28,672 nucleotides of DNA from a virus. Taxonomy: Duplodnaviria > Caudoviricetes. The notes beneath the pieces were generated by a model. That model made no database searches. It saw only the letters and a program-made list of their open reading frames with translations, and was not told where the DNA came from. Shown here piece by piece: positions 1-7,784 of this stretch (its first letter is position 1; every line of letters begins with the position of its first letter). The position numbers and the translations under genes were made by a program. The DNA lies in the IMG/VR virus record IMGVR_UViG_3300027804_000177, positions 1 through 28,672 of that record, one strand, 5' to 3'.

Positions 1-40
1 AGGTCACCGAGGAGACGAACTGAAAGTTAGCGTCAGGCAT
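1..40 (-). CDS. 5' fragment of HTH paralogue (MPDANFQFVSSVT...), cut by the contig end
   Basis: ATG at 40, 4 nt after the stop of 45..305; identical to the N-terminus of 28128..28517. Confidence 0.75.
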   Translation of the reverse strand, partial: MPDANFQFVSSVT

Positions 41-65
41 GGTCTTATTTCGTGCGCTTGGCGTA
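1..65. repeat. 65-bp direct repeat, copy 1 (identical to 28478-28542)
   Basis: aggtcaccgaggagacgaactgaaagttagcgtcaggcatggtcttatttcgtgcgcttggcgta occurs at both contig ends. It spans the end of one HTH gene (YAKRTK*) and the start of the next (MPDANFQFVSSVT). Confidence 0.95.
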
Positions 66-305
66 GGGGCCGCGGCGGTTGATGTTCGACCAGGACAGGT
101 TCGCCAGCGCGATCCAAGAGCGGACGGCGCCGACGGAGACGCCGAGGGCCTTGGCCGCATCGGCCTGAGACTTGCCGGCCGTGTTGAGAGCGTTCAGTTG
201 CGGGAGCACGCCGGCCAGACGGCGGGCGGCGTGGGGGAGCACCGGGCGGGACAGCCGGAGGGGGCGGTCGCCGACGGTGATCAGGTCGATGGGGTCTTGG
301 TTCAT
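45..305 (-). CDS. Small HTH DNA-binding protein, paralogue A (86 aa)
   Basis: KSQADAAKALGVSVGAVRSWI fits an HTH pattern; C/A-rich leader ccacccacccacATG. Confidence 0.75.
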   Translation of the reverse strand: MNQDPIDLITVGDRPLRLSRPVLPHAARRLAGVLPQLNALNTAGKSQADAAKALGVSVGAVRSWIALANLSWSNINRRGPYAKRTK

Positions 306-323
306 GTGGGTGGGTGGAGAGGG

Positions 324-656
324 TTACTTGGCGGCGTTGATGGCGGCCTGATGGGCGGATTCGTAAGCGACGACCTTGCCTTCGGCGTCGGACTTCCATG
401 CGCCGCGGAACTCGACGACCATGCAGTGAAGGTCGATGAAGTAGGCGATGCGCTTCTTGGTGACCATAGGGCCGAAGTCGGCCGAGGTCGGAGCGTGGCA
501 GATGCAGTCGACGCGGATGCGGCCGGAGCCGTAGTCGATGCCGTACAGTTCGTAGGAGGCGCGGCTGTCGGCCTTGGCGCGGTGTTCGATGATGATGTCC
601 TTTACCGCCTGGAGGCGTTCGGGTTCGGTGATCTTGATGATGCCTAGGGTGCTCAT
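324..656 (-). CDS. Hypothetical early protein (110 aa)
   Basis: Well-packed ORF with GC3-rich codons and a cccacccacaccATG leader. Confidence 0.75.
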   Translation of the reverse strand: MSTLGIIKITEPERLQAVKDIIIEHRAKADSRASYELYGIDYGSGRIRVDCICHAPTSADFGPMVTKKRIAYFIDLHCMVVEFRGAWKSDAEGKVVAYESAHQAAINAAK

Positions 657-671
657 GGTGTGGGTGGGAAA

Positions 672-809
672 TTAGCGGTGGCTGCGGACGGCCTTGGCCT
701 TGACCGGCTCCGGGCCGTTGATGGCGCGGGCCAGTTCGGGGCCGCAGAAGGTGACGACGGCGAGCCAGCCGAAGATGATGAGGAAGGAGAGGGCGATGAG
801 GGACTTCAT
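672..809 (-). CDS. Small membrane protein (45 aa, MKSLIALSFLIIFGWLAVVTFCGPELARAINGPEPVKAKAVRSHR)
   Basis: Below the ORF-track length cutoff, translated by hand. Fills the 657-829 gap, has an N-terminal hydrophobic helix and the same acccacacccATG leader. Confidence 0.7.
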   Translation of the reverse strand: MKSLIALSFLIIFGWLAVVTFCGPELARAINGPEPVKAKAVRSHR

Positions 810-829
810 GGGTGTGGGTCTCGGGGTGA

Positions 830-1366
830 TTAGGCGATGAACCAAGCGGCGATTTCAGCGTCGGTCATGTCGGCGACCATCGTCTTGAACTCGGGGTTGG
901 CCTTCGCTTGGGCGACGGCCTTCTCACGATTGAGGTCGGTCACGCCCTTGAAGCAGGAGACGAAGCCCTTCTGCGTGGTGGTCTTGAGGTAGTGGGCCTT
1001 CTTGATGGCCTCGCGGCGAACCTTGGCGACGATGCGGGCGGTCTCCTTTTTCTGCTCTTCCTTGCCGACGATGATGTCAATGAGGTCGGCGAAATCGAAA
1101 CCCTTGTCGGCGAGGAACTCCCAGCCCTTGACATCGGCGGGGCTGATGGACTTGGCGAACTCCTCGGCGGTAGTCTTGGCGGCGGGGTTGACGAAGTGCA
1201 GGAAGGTCGAACCTCCGTGGCCTTCGTTGCTGGCTTCGCCGATCGTCTTGCCGTCGATGAGGACGGACGCGGTGAAACAGGTGGTCTCTTCGCTCATCCA
1301 CTTCACAGTCTTGAAAGACTTGAGGGAGAGGCGCGAGAGGTTGGAGGCGGTGTTAGTTGTGCTCAT
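830..1366 (-). CDS. Hypothetical protein, first gene after the early control region (178 aa)
   Basis: Clean ORF with typical codon bias and a caccaccaaaaccATG leader. Confidence 0.8.
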   Translation of the reverse strand: MSTTNTASNLSRLSLKSFKTVKWMSEETTCFTASVLIDGKTIGEASNEGHGGSTFLHFVNPAAKTTAEEFAKSISPADVKGWEFLADKGFDFADLIDIIVGKEEQKKETARIVAKVRREAIKKAHYLKTTTQKGFVSCFKGVTDLNREKAVAQAKANPEFKTMVADMTDAEIAAWFIA

Positions 1367-1386
1367 GGTTTTGGTGGTGCCCGGAC

Positions 1387-1415
1387 ACTCTCTCAGACCA
1401 AATGCATTCCGTCAA
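1387..1415 (-). promoter_or_regulatory. Putative sigma70-type early promoter (TTGACG-N17-GAGAGT)
   Basis: Good -35 box and 17-nt spacer but weak -10; about 20 nt upstream of ATG 1366, in the gap between the lysis and early modules. Confidence 0.4.
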
Positions 1416-1460
1416 ACTCTTTTGCCGAAACTTTTGACGGGGGCTTTTAGGGGGTCAAAA
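1409..1460. promoter_or_regulatory. Overlapping inverted repeats of TTTGAC(GG), operator-like
   Basis: CCGTCAAA (1409-1416) pairs with TTTGACGG (1433-1440); TTTTGAC (1432-1438) pairs with GTCAAAA (1454-1460); CTTTTGACGG recurs at 1521-1530. Confidence 0.45.
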
Positions 1461-1514
1461 GCCAGCCATAGGTCGGCCATAGGCTACCCCTTTAAAGGCC
1501 TCTCCCTGCCCTTC

Positions 1515-1841
1515 CTAGGCCTTTTGACGGCGGGAACGTAAGAAGACCGCCACCCCTACCCCTAGACACCCCACGGCCAAGGCCCAACCGAGGTCGCGGA
1601 CGGACTTCAGGGCCATGGTCGCCGTGCTCATGTTGCGCTCAAGGTCGGCGGAGTCGGACTTCAGGCCCGCGTCCGTCACGATCATGACCAGGGCGTCAGT
1701 CGATTGCAGCTGGTCGAGGACATACCCGGCGATGTAGGCCGAGGAGAGCGCCGACAGGCCCGCGAAGCCCGTCAGCAGGACGACGGCCATCAGAAGGTTA
1801 CCGCTTCCGCTTTCCTTTGCCTGGGGCTTTTGCTTTGCCAT
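1515..1841 (-). CDS. Two-TM membrane protein, last gene of the lysis block (108 aa)
   Basis: Probable start MAKQKPQ at 1841; hydrophobic segments LLMAVVLLTGFAGLSALSSAYIAGYV and LGWALAVGCLGVGVAVFL; basic C-terminus. Confidence 0.7.
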   Translation of the reverse strand: MAKQKPQAKESGSGNLLMAVVLLTGFAGLSALSSAYIAGYVLDQLQSTDALVMIVTDAGLKSDSADLERNMSTATMALKSVRDLGWALAVGCLGVGVAVFLRSRRQKA

Positions 1842-2175
1842 TGGTTTTCTTGCCGGCGATCTCGCCGACTTCCTTTTCCGCTCGAGCTTTGAAGGCCTTG
1901 AGAAGGTAGTCCAAGGCCTCGGGCGCGCAGTACCCGATTGCACCGATGGCGCCCATGCGAAGGCCGGGGCTCTGGATATGTTCGGCGATGGCGTAGCCGG
2001 CGACGCAGGACGTGATGCCCGCGGCGAGGACGCGCCTGATTACCCAACCAGGGGAGACGGGAGTGGTACTGAGTAGGAGCCTGGCGCACATGGCCATGCC
2101 CCCTAGGACGGCCGCCACAACGCCGTCTTTCACTTCGGTCGGCAGCTCTTCGGGATTGATGGGCGATGCGCTCAT
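1798..2175 (-). CDS. Putative holin (125 aa, about 3 TM, Lys-rich C-terminus)
   Basis: Start MSASPINPEE overlaps the upstream stop (ATGA). Three moderately hydrophobic helices and a highly basic tail, as in LydA-like holins. Confidence 0.65.
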   Translation of the reverse strand: MSASPINPEELPTEVKDGVVAAVLGGMAMCARLLLSTTPVSPGWVIRRVLAAGITSCVAGYAIAEHIQSPGLRMGAIGAIGYCAPEALDYLLKAFKARAEKEVGEIAGKKTNGKAKAPGKGKRKR

Positions 2176-2489
2176 GGGTTGATGACGGTGCGGCGGTAGC
2201 CTAGGCGCCACATGGCTTCGGCGATGCGGGTCGCTCCGGCCTCGACCGCGTCTTCGTCGAGAAAAGGATAGGTGTCGTGGATGAGCTCGTGGACGACCGT
2301 GTCGATGAGTTCATGTTCAGGCTGACGAGGGTCGGCGTGGATGTCGCCGTAGCCTTTCCAGCAGTAGCCGAAGGGTGTCTTGCATTTCGGATCGTGCGAG
2401 GGCTTTGCCTTCCCGAGGATGCGGAAGGTGAAGTGAGGCTCCGCGTATTTGACCGCGGGCGGGTCAGACTTGGGGCGGGGCTTGCTCAT
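2172..2489 (-). CDS. Small zincin-like metallopeptidase (105 aa)
   Basis: DTVVHELIH is an HExxH motif, with a downstream Glu (DEDAVE) as possible third ligand; probable start MSKPRP at 2489. Confidence 0.65.
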   Translation of the reverse strand: MSKPRPKSDPPAVKYAEPHFTFRILGKAKPSHDPKCKTPFGYCWKGYGDIHADPRQPEHELIDTVVHELIHDTYPFLDEDAVEAGATRIAEAMWRLGYRRTVINP

Positions 2490-3216
2490 CGTCGGAAGGA
2501 GAGGGCTTGTTGACCGAGTCGCGCACCTTGTCGGCGAGCCACCAGAGGCCGAGGCCGCAGGAGATGACGATGGTCGCACCGGCTGCATACTCGAACCAGG
2601 GCGAGTCGATGATGAAGGGCACCGATCCGCAGAAGGCGCCGCAGAGAAGCAGGGGTAGGCCGATGCGGGGGCCTAGAAAGGCGAGGCACAAGGCCCCACA
2701 GACTGCGAGGCCAGCGCCCACTAGAGTCCATGTCTGGGATGACATATCCTTCTTCACGCGCTCGACCTCCTTCGTCAGCTCGACGATGCGGGCGTCCTTC
2801 AGGCCGGAGACGCGGGCGGCTTCCTTCTGGTCGGCCTCGAGCTTCTCCCATGCCTTGTTGACGGCGGTGGCGAGTTTGCGTCCGAACTCCATCTGCTTGG
2901 CGTAGTCGATGGGGTCGGCCTTGGTAGCCCGGGCCACGGCGAAGGCCACGTCCGCCTCGGGGGGCGGGGGCAGATAGGACTGGGCGAGGCGAGACTCCGC
3001 GACGACCACCTTCGGCTTGTCGGCGTTCTTCTCGATGGCAACGAGCGCAGCGCCTACGCGGTGATCCGTCTTGTCGAGGTCTTTGCCTAGGGTCTGGACG
3101 GCGTCAGGCTTGGTCGGTGCCGGCGGCTGGACAGGCAGGGGCGGCAGGGCGTCACCCTTGCGGAACAGACTGCACCCGGTCAGGGCCAGGACGGCGATGA
3201 CCAGGAACAGTCGCAC
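2464..3216 (-). CDS. Lipoprotein with coiled coil and C-terminal TM helices (u-spanin-like, 250 aa)
   Basis: GTG start; MRLFLVIAVLALTG-C lipobox with Ser at +2; Pro-rich linker; helical region; three C-terminal hydrophobic segments. Confidence 0.65.
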   Translation of the reverse strand: MRLFLVIAVLALTGCSLFRKGDALPPLPVQPPAPTKPDAVQTLGKDLDKTDHRVGAALVAIEKNADKPKVVVAESRLAQSYLPPPPEADVAFAVARATKADPIDYAKQMEFGRKLATAVNKAWEKLEADQKEAARVSGLKDARIVELTKEVERVKKDMSSQTWTLVGAGLAVCGALCLAFLGPRIGLPLLLCGAFCGSVPFIIDSPWFEYAAGATIVISCGLGLWWLADKVRDSVNKPSPSDDEQAPPQV

Positions 3217-3220
3217 AGAC

Positions 3221-3352
3221 TCAGCGGCCCTTGAGGGCGTCGAGGAGGGAGCGGGTCTTCGCTTCGGCCGACTCAAGTTTCGCGCGGTGCTTGCGCGAGA
3301 TGAGAAGACCAGCGACGACGCCGGCGAGGAAAGATAGAATTGCGGTGATCAT
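3221..3352 (-). CDS. Small single-TM protein (43 aa, MITAILSFLAGVVAGLLISRKHR...)
   Basis: ATG 1 nt after the fibre gene stop; TM helix followed by a basic amphipathic segment. Confidence 0.7.
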   Translation of the reverse strand: MITAILSFLAGVVAGLLISRKHRAKLESAEAKTRSLLDALKGR

Positions 3353-3353
3353 G

Positions 3354-4997
3354 TTAAAGGCTTCCACGATAAATAAAGAACCGGCCGGACTGGTAAACAG
3401 ACGGCAGGGAAGGATTCGTATTTTGAAGTTCCACTTGAATCTTAATGTTGAAAGCCCCTGAACCTCCAAAGGCGGATGTTTGGCTTATGTAATTAGTATA
3501 AAAGTAGGTGCTGCCTGCGACACTTGATCCTAATGGAAATGAAATCATCAGGTTGTTGGAATCGTCATAAACATAAGCACTCACATTCAACCCAGAATAC
3601 TGTGTATTCATGTACTGGTACGCATTAGTCATTAACATGCTGTTATACATGTCGCCGATGGCGCCAAATTGCAGAGTCCAAGTAAATGTCTCGGGATCTG
3701 CACCGTCGCCAGTAACGGTCAGTTGTTCAATCTTAACAAAGAGAGGGATAAGGTCGGCAAAGTGAAAGCCGAAGTCTGCCTCGCTGCCTCCGCCACCGCC
3801 ACCGCTGACTACTTCCCAGGCGTTGTTCTTGCGGGCATACTGCGAGCCGTCAGCCGGAGCATCGTTAACGACGGCCAAGGAGCCGAGGCCGAGGTTGCTT
3901 CGCGCCGTGGAGGTCGAGGCAAGGCCGGACAGGTTGTCAGCCTTGGCGAGGTAATCAGACATTCCCGACTGCGTCTGGTAGGTCGAGGCCGCCGTCGTTG
4001 CGGCGAGTTTCAGGTCGAGCGCGTTCTGTAAATCAGTCTGCGAGCTGAGCGTGCCGGTCAGGCTTCCCCAGGCTACGGAGGTCGCAGGAGTGACGCCGCC
4101 GACGTTGACCACCCAAGCCGAGTACGTTCCCGAGCCCGTGTGATGGTTCACGTCCACGGTCAGGACGCCAGTGCCGGAGTTGTACGTCAGCACCTCGCCG
4201 TGCATATGGTTCGACGCGTCGTAAGAAATCGTGATGTTCTGGGTCGGCGTGTAGGAGAGACCTGTGCCAATCGTGAAGGTCTTGTTTCCGTTGTTGATCG
4301 TGTTGCTCGTCGTCGAGGTCGTCAGGTAGCGGTCGCCCGGGATGAGGGTCTGGAATGACGCGTCGAAGTTCGTGCCCGAGTTCTTCGTCAGGACTTGGCC
4401 GACCGTGCCGCCAGTGGGCAAGCCGGAGCCGGCGACGAAGGCAGTCGTCTGAATGGAGGTGTCAGGGAACGTGATGCCCGAGGAGGGCGAGATCACGAAG
4501 GAGCCGAAGGTCGTGTGCGTCAGGCTCAGGGAGGTCGGCGTATACTGTCCGACGTTAGCGCCTGAGCCTTGCAGCGTGAGGCCGGCGAAGGTCGGGTTGT
4601 TGAGCGTGCCTAGGTTGAGGTTGTCGCGGGCCGTGGCGAAGTTGGTCAGGCTGCCGAGATTATCGGCCTTGGTCAGGTAGGGCGTAAGCGCCGAGGCCGT
4701 CAGGAAGCCCGAGGGGTTGCCAGTGAGAGGATAAAAACCAGCGGTCACCCAGGACTCGGTCGCGTAGCCGGCGAGAGATAGGGTCGACCAGCCAGTCGCA
4801 TAATCGAGGTTACTCGACTTGGTCAGGAATTGGCCCGTAGTTCCGCCAGCGGGGACGCCGACGCCTGGAGCTCCTGGGACGCCCTGAGGGCCGGCAGGGC
4901 CGGCAGGGCCGGCGGGGCCAGTAGCGCCAGGGGTGGCGACGGTGCCCGACAGCGTTCCCGCGATCAGGCTGTTGAATGTTCCGTTGATGGTCGCCAT
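3354..4997 (-). CDS. Tail fibre / receptor-binding protein with collagen-like repeat (547 aa)
   Basis: GATGPAGPAGPAGPQGVPGAPG; duplicated P(A/T)GGTxGQxLTK and YLxKADNLxxL..ARxNLxLG fibre motifs; Thr/Gly/Ser-rich; poly-Gly hinge before an AT-rich C-terminal domain. Confidence 0.8.
   Translation of the reverse strand: MATINGTFNSLIAGTLSGTVATPGATGPAGPAGPAGPQGVPGAPGVGVPAGGTTGQFLTKSSNLDYATGWSTLSLAGYATESWVTAGFYPLTGNPSGFLTASALTPYLTKADNLGSLTNFATARDNLNLGTLNNPTFAGLTLQGSGANVGQYTPTSLSLTHTTFGSFVISPSSGITFPDTSIQTTAFVAGSGLPTGGTVGQVLTKNSGTNFDASFQTLIPGDRYLTTSTTSNTINNGNKTFTIGTGLSYTPTQNITISYDASNHMHGEVLTYNSGTGVLTVDVNHHTGSGTYSAWVVNVGGVTPATSVAWGSLTGTLSSQTDLQNALDLKLAATTAASTYQTQSGMSDYLAKADNLSGLASTSTARSNLGLGSLAVVNDAPADGSQYARKNNAWEVVSGGGGGGSEADFGFHFADLIPLFVKIEQLTVTGDGADPETFTWTLQFGAIGDMYNSMLMTNAYQYMNTQYSGLNVSAYVYDDSNNLMISFPLGSSVAGSTYFYTNYISQTSAFGGSGAFNIKIQVELQNTNPSLPSVYQSGRFFIYRGSL
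4888..4919. repeat. 9-bp tandem repeat (gggccggca, about 3.5 copies) encoding Gly-Pro-Ala triplets
   Basis: gggccggca gggccggca gggccggcg gggcc seen directly. Confidence 0.85.
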
Positions 4998-4998
4998 G

Positions 4999-5322
4999 TT
5001 AAGCTTGAGTGATGGTCTCCTGGATCTGCACGCGGAAGATTGTCGAATGCGTCACGGGGCCGCCGGGGAAGGTGAAGCGGATGTCCCAGCTCGCTAGGCC
5101 GAGCGCCCAGTCGGCGGTATCACCGGGGAACGTGGCCGTAAAGGATAGGCCGTTGCCAGCCAGCACGATGACGAGCGGGTATTCCTTCCCGCTCCGATCG
5201 CGGAGGGTCGAGGCGATGGTCGTGCCGATGAGATTAGCGGGCTCGCCGGCCCCGGGAACCCAAGTCCAGACGCTGGAGAAACTGTCCCCTCGGGAGAATA
5301 CGGCGGTATTGGAGCAGCTCAT
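4999..5322 (-). CDS. Fibre adaptor / BppU-N-like beta protein (107 aa)
   Basis: RGDSF start, beta-strand pattern and WDIRFT motif; immediately upstream of the fibre gene. Confidence 0.55.
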   Translation of the reverse strand: MSCSNTAVFSRGDSFSSVWTWVPGAGEPANLIGTTIASTLRDRSGKEYPLVIVLAGNGLSFTATFPGDTADWALGLASWDIRFTFPGGPVTHSTIFRVQIQETITQA

Positions 5323-5337
5323 CGGGTCTTCTTAACC

Positions 5338-5353
5338 CTGCGGAGATTGGCAA
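5338..5353 (-). promoter_or_regulatory. Late-gene motif copy 1: TTGCCAATCTCCGCAG
   Basis: Intergenic; begins 31 nt upstream of ATG 5322; one of six copies. Confidence 0.75.
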
Positions 5354-5365
5354 GGGGGGCGTCCC

Positions 5366-6301
5366 TTAGGTCGGCTTGATGACCTCGGTGACCCAAAAGT
5401 CATTGATGAAGGTGACCTTCCCGGCCGTGCGCGGGATGGTGACCTCGGCGGCCGTGTAGCCGTCCTCCCATGTGACCTCCCAGTCCGCCTCGCCTGCGTC
5501 AGCCGAGGTCGTCCCAAATGTGATTTCAATCCCGCCGTAACCGTAGCCTGGCGTGCTGTTGCTCGGAACAGGGTCGGCGGTGATGTCGAAAGACTTGAAG
5601 GCGACCTTGCCCTTGATGACCGTGCCTTCGCTCCAGCAGCTGTAGATGTTGTCGGGGTGCGGGCTGATCTTGAACTTCGTTGTGACCTTCAGTTCGGTCG
5701 TCGTCTGAAGGAATGGGTAATACTCGTTAGACGAGGTCGCTACGTTTAAGACCTCGGAGTCTAGGTTCGTGACCGTCGCCTCGTAACTACAGTTTCCCAT
5801 CTGAGACGGCCCGGATACGCTTTGCTCGTTATATGTGAACGTGATTCCGGCCGTAGGGGTGAAGCCAAAGTTCAGCGCTTCGAAGTCATAAGCATCATCA
5901 GTATGCCAGCGCGGAAAGATCTGCGGCATCAGGCTGTTTGGTATGTCGCCCGTCTGCGTGCCGATATCGCCGTTCGGATCGGGGGCGGGCTGGGAGAGCG
6001 GAGGGTCGGGGTCGTATTCGTAGACGATGTCGCTGGGATAGGTGAAGTCCCATTCAGACGTCCAGAATTCAAACTGAAGCCACCCTAGCCCGCAACCAGG
6101 AGCCATTACGACGGCGATGTTTGCGTCAGGATAGTCCTTCAGCCAGTGCTGGAAAGAATAAAAGCCAATCTGCCGCGGCTTGCCGGTTCCTGTGACCTGC
6201 TCGTCAGATAGCTCCGTGCCGTCCCTTGCCAAGAAAGGGTCATTGTCCTCAGGCGTTCCAAGGACGACGTAGGGCTTCGCAGACCTGTTAGGCAGGGCCA
6301 T
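5366..6301 (-). CDS. Putative tail tip / minor structural protein (311 aa)
   Basis: Probable start MALPNR at 6301, right after the upstream stop; acidic, Thr/Pro/aromatic-rich; tail-module position. Confidence 0.6.
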   Translation of the reverse strand: MALPNRSAKPYVVLGTPEDNDPFLARDGTELSDEQVTGTGKPRQIGFYSFQHWLKDYPDANIAVVMAPGCGLGWLQFEFWTSEWDFTYPSDIVYEYDPDPPLSQPAPDPNGDIGTQTGDIPNSLMPQIFPRWHTDDAYDFEALNFGFTPTAGITFTYNEQSVSGPSQMGNCSYEATVTNLDSEVLNVATSSNEYYPFLQTTTELKVTTKFKISPHPDNIYSCWSEGTVIKGKVAFKSFDITADPVPSNSTPGYGYGGIEITFGTTSADAGEADWEVTWEDGYTAAEVTIPRTAGKVTFINDFWVTEVIKPT

Positions 6302-6302
6302 G

Positions 6303-6899
6303 TCAGACCGCGCTCCACCAGTAAATCGCCGAGCTAGTTCCGCACTTGAAGCGCTCAGTCCAAAGGGAATTGCAACCAATGGTCTTAGTGATGGCAAACG
6401 TCTCGGTGTATTCGACCGGCTCGGTGTCAGGTATGGCCGTCTTCGTGCCAGTGACGACCGCGATCATAATCCAGGAGTACTCGTCATTGTCGATTTTGTC
6501 GTCGGCGCTGACGCGGATGCATGGGTAACCTTCCCCGGATCGGGCAGGGTAATAGGCAGGGGTCGAGCCTGACGACGCGCTGTTCCCGCAGCGGATATAG
6601 ATGTAGTTCGTCGTCGTCCCTTCGGTCAGGCCGTCGGAGAAGACCTGAATGTCGGGCGGAGGGTCGTTTGTGAGAAGGACTCCGTCGTCAGACTTCACGA
6701 CCAGGTTGTTGACCATGCCCGGGGTGATGTTGACGTAGTAAGCCTCGCCAGACTTGCGGACGTTATAGGTCGTTAGTGGGCAGACCTCTTCGTCGCCAAG
6801 GTTGTAGTTAGCCCACGGCGCCCAGGGCTTCTCGATGTTGAAGTTCGTCCCTAGGCTGGACGAAGTGAACGTGTAGCCGACTCCGGGTTGAATAGACAT
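6303..6899 (-). CDS. Putative minor tail protein (198 aa)
   Basis: Position after the tape measure gene and beta-rich composition. Confidence 0.6.
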   Translation of the reverse strand: MSIQPGVGYTFTSSSLGTNFNIEKPWAPWANYNLGDEEVCPLTTYNVRKSGEAYYVNITPGMVNNLVVKSDDGVLLTNDPPPDIQVFSDGLTEGTTTNYIYIRCGNSASSGSTPAYYPARSGEGYPCIRVSADDKIDNDEYSWIMIAVVTGTKTAIPDTEPVEYTETFAITKTIGCNSLWTERFKCGTSSAIYWWSAV

Positions 6900-6902
6900 C
6901 GG

Positions 6903-7778
6903 TCAGAGGTTGATGTAAACGTCCGGCGGCCAGCCTTCCTTTGAGAATCGGATCTCATAGTTTACCTTATAAATCAAACCGAACTCTTCGACGTTGGCCT
7001 GAGAGAGAAGGTTTAATTTCCCGTAAGGGCCTGTTCCGACTTCAGCCCAGTCGGGGAGAAGCTTGAACGCTCCCCAGGTATTGCCGGCGACTGCCGTGCC
7101 TAGGGAGTCGATAATCATGCGAGCAGACTGATGTGCATTGACATAAATCACGCCAGTGTAGGTCGTGGTCGTTGCGAGATATTGAGTCTTGCCGAAAAGA
7201 TAAGGGACGGTCGGGTCGACGAAGCCGATGAAGCGCCCGCCCATGCCCGTCTCGAAGCACGCGCCGTTGTAGCCTTCGGAGGACGGGACGACGACGGGCT
7301 TGCCGGCGTTCGGAGAAGGAGCGACCGCGATGACCGTGACGGGAGGCCCGAGGGTCGAGTCGTCGTAGAGACCGCCGAAGTCGGAAGGCAAGCCTGCGAG
7401 AGGGCCTACAGTATACCCGCCAGCCTGCTCAAAGAAGTTAGGATGAGAGGTGATGTTCTCGGCGGTCAGGCCGTTCGCCGCGGAGGTGTTTGCGTTAGTC
7501 CATGCGCCGCTGTTGACCGTCGGGTCGATGCCGACGTAGTCCACCTTCACCGTCTTGAACTGAAGGTTGTCGTAACTGATGCTGGACTTGTGCGCCTTGA
7601 GATACGTCAGGCCGCCGAAGTCCAGGGGGGCGCCGCGCTGCGTGACCGGGACGGCGGTCGCCCAGTCGCATTTATAGGTCGCCGACGCGGTGACTAGTCC
7701 GAAGCCGTCCGACATGACGGTGATCCCGGGCTGGATAAGCTCGGAAGAGAGGGCGTTGCCTGTGTTGACGATGGCCAT
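6903..7778 (-). CDS. Putative distal tail protein (291 aa)
   Basis: Directly follows the tape-measure-like gene; Gly/Thr/Val-rich. Confidence 0.6.
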   Translation of the reverse strand: MAIVNTGNALSSELIQPGITVMSDGFGLVTASATYKCDWATAVPVTQRGAPLDFGGLTYLKAHKSSISYDNLQFKTVKVDYVGIDPTVNSGAWTNANTSAANGLTAENITSHPNFFEQAGGYTVGPLAGLPSDFGGLYDDSTLGPPVTVIAVAPSPNAGKPVVVPSSEGYNGACFETGMGGRFIGFVDPTVPYLFGKTQYLATTTTYTGVIYVNAHQSARMIIDSLGTAVAGNTWGAFKLLPDWAEVGTGPYGKLNLLSQANVEEFGLIYKVNYEIRFSKEGWPPDVYINL

Positions 7779-7784
7779 GGTAGA

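Noticed and set aside
1842-1943. N-terminal extensions in the ORF track (1943, also 2211, 2588, 3276, 3469, 6397, 8603, 11404, 25521, 27395, 28637)
   Set aside because: They overlap upstream genes. Downstream starts give coupled junctions, intact signal peptides or correct spacing to the late motif.
3354-4997. Diversity-generating retroelement or invertible cassette acting on the fibre tip
   Set aside because: No reverse transcriptase, invertase, template repeat or flanking inverted repeats were seen.
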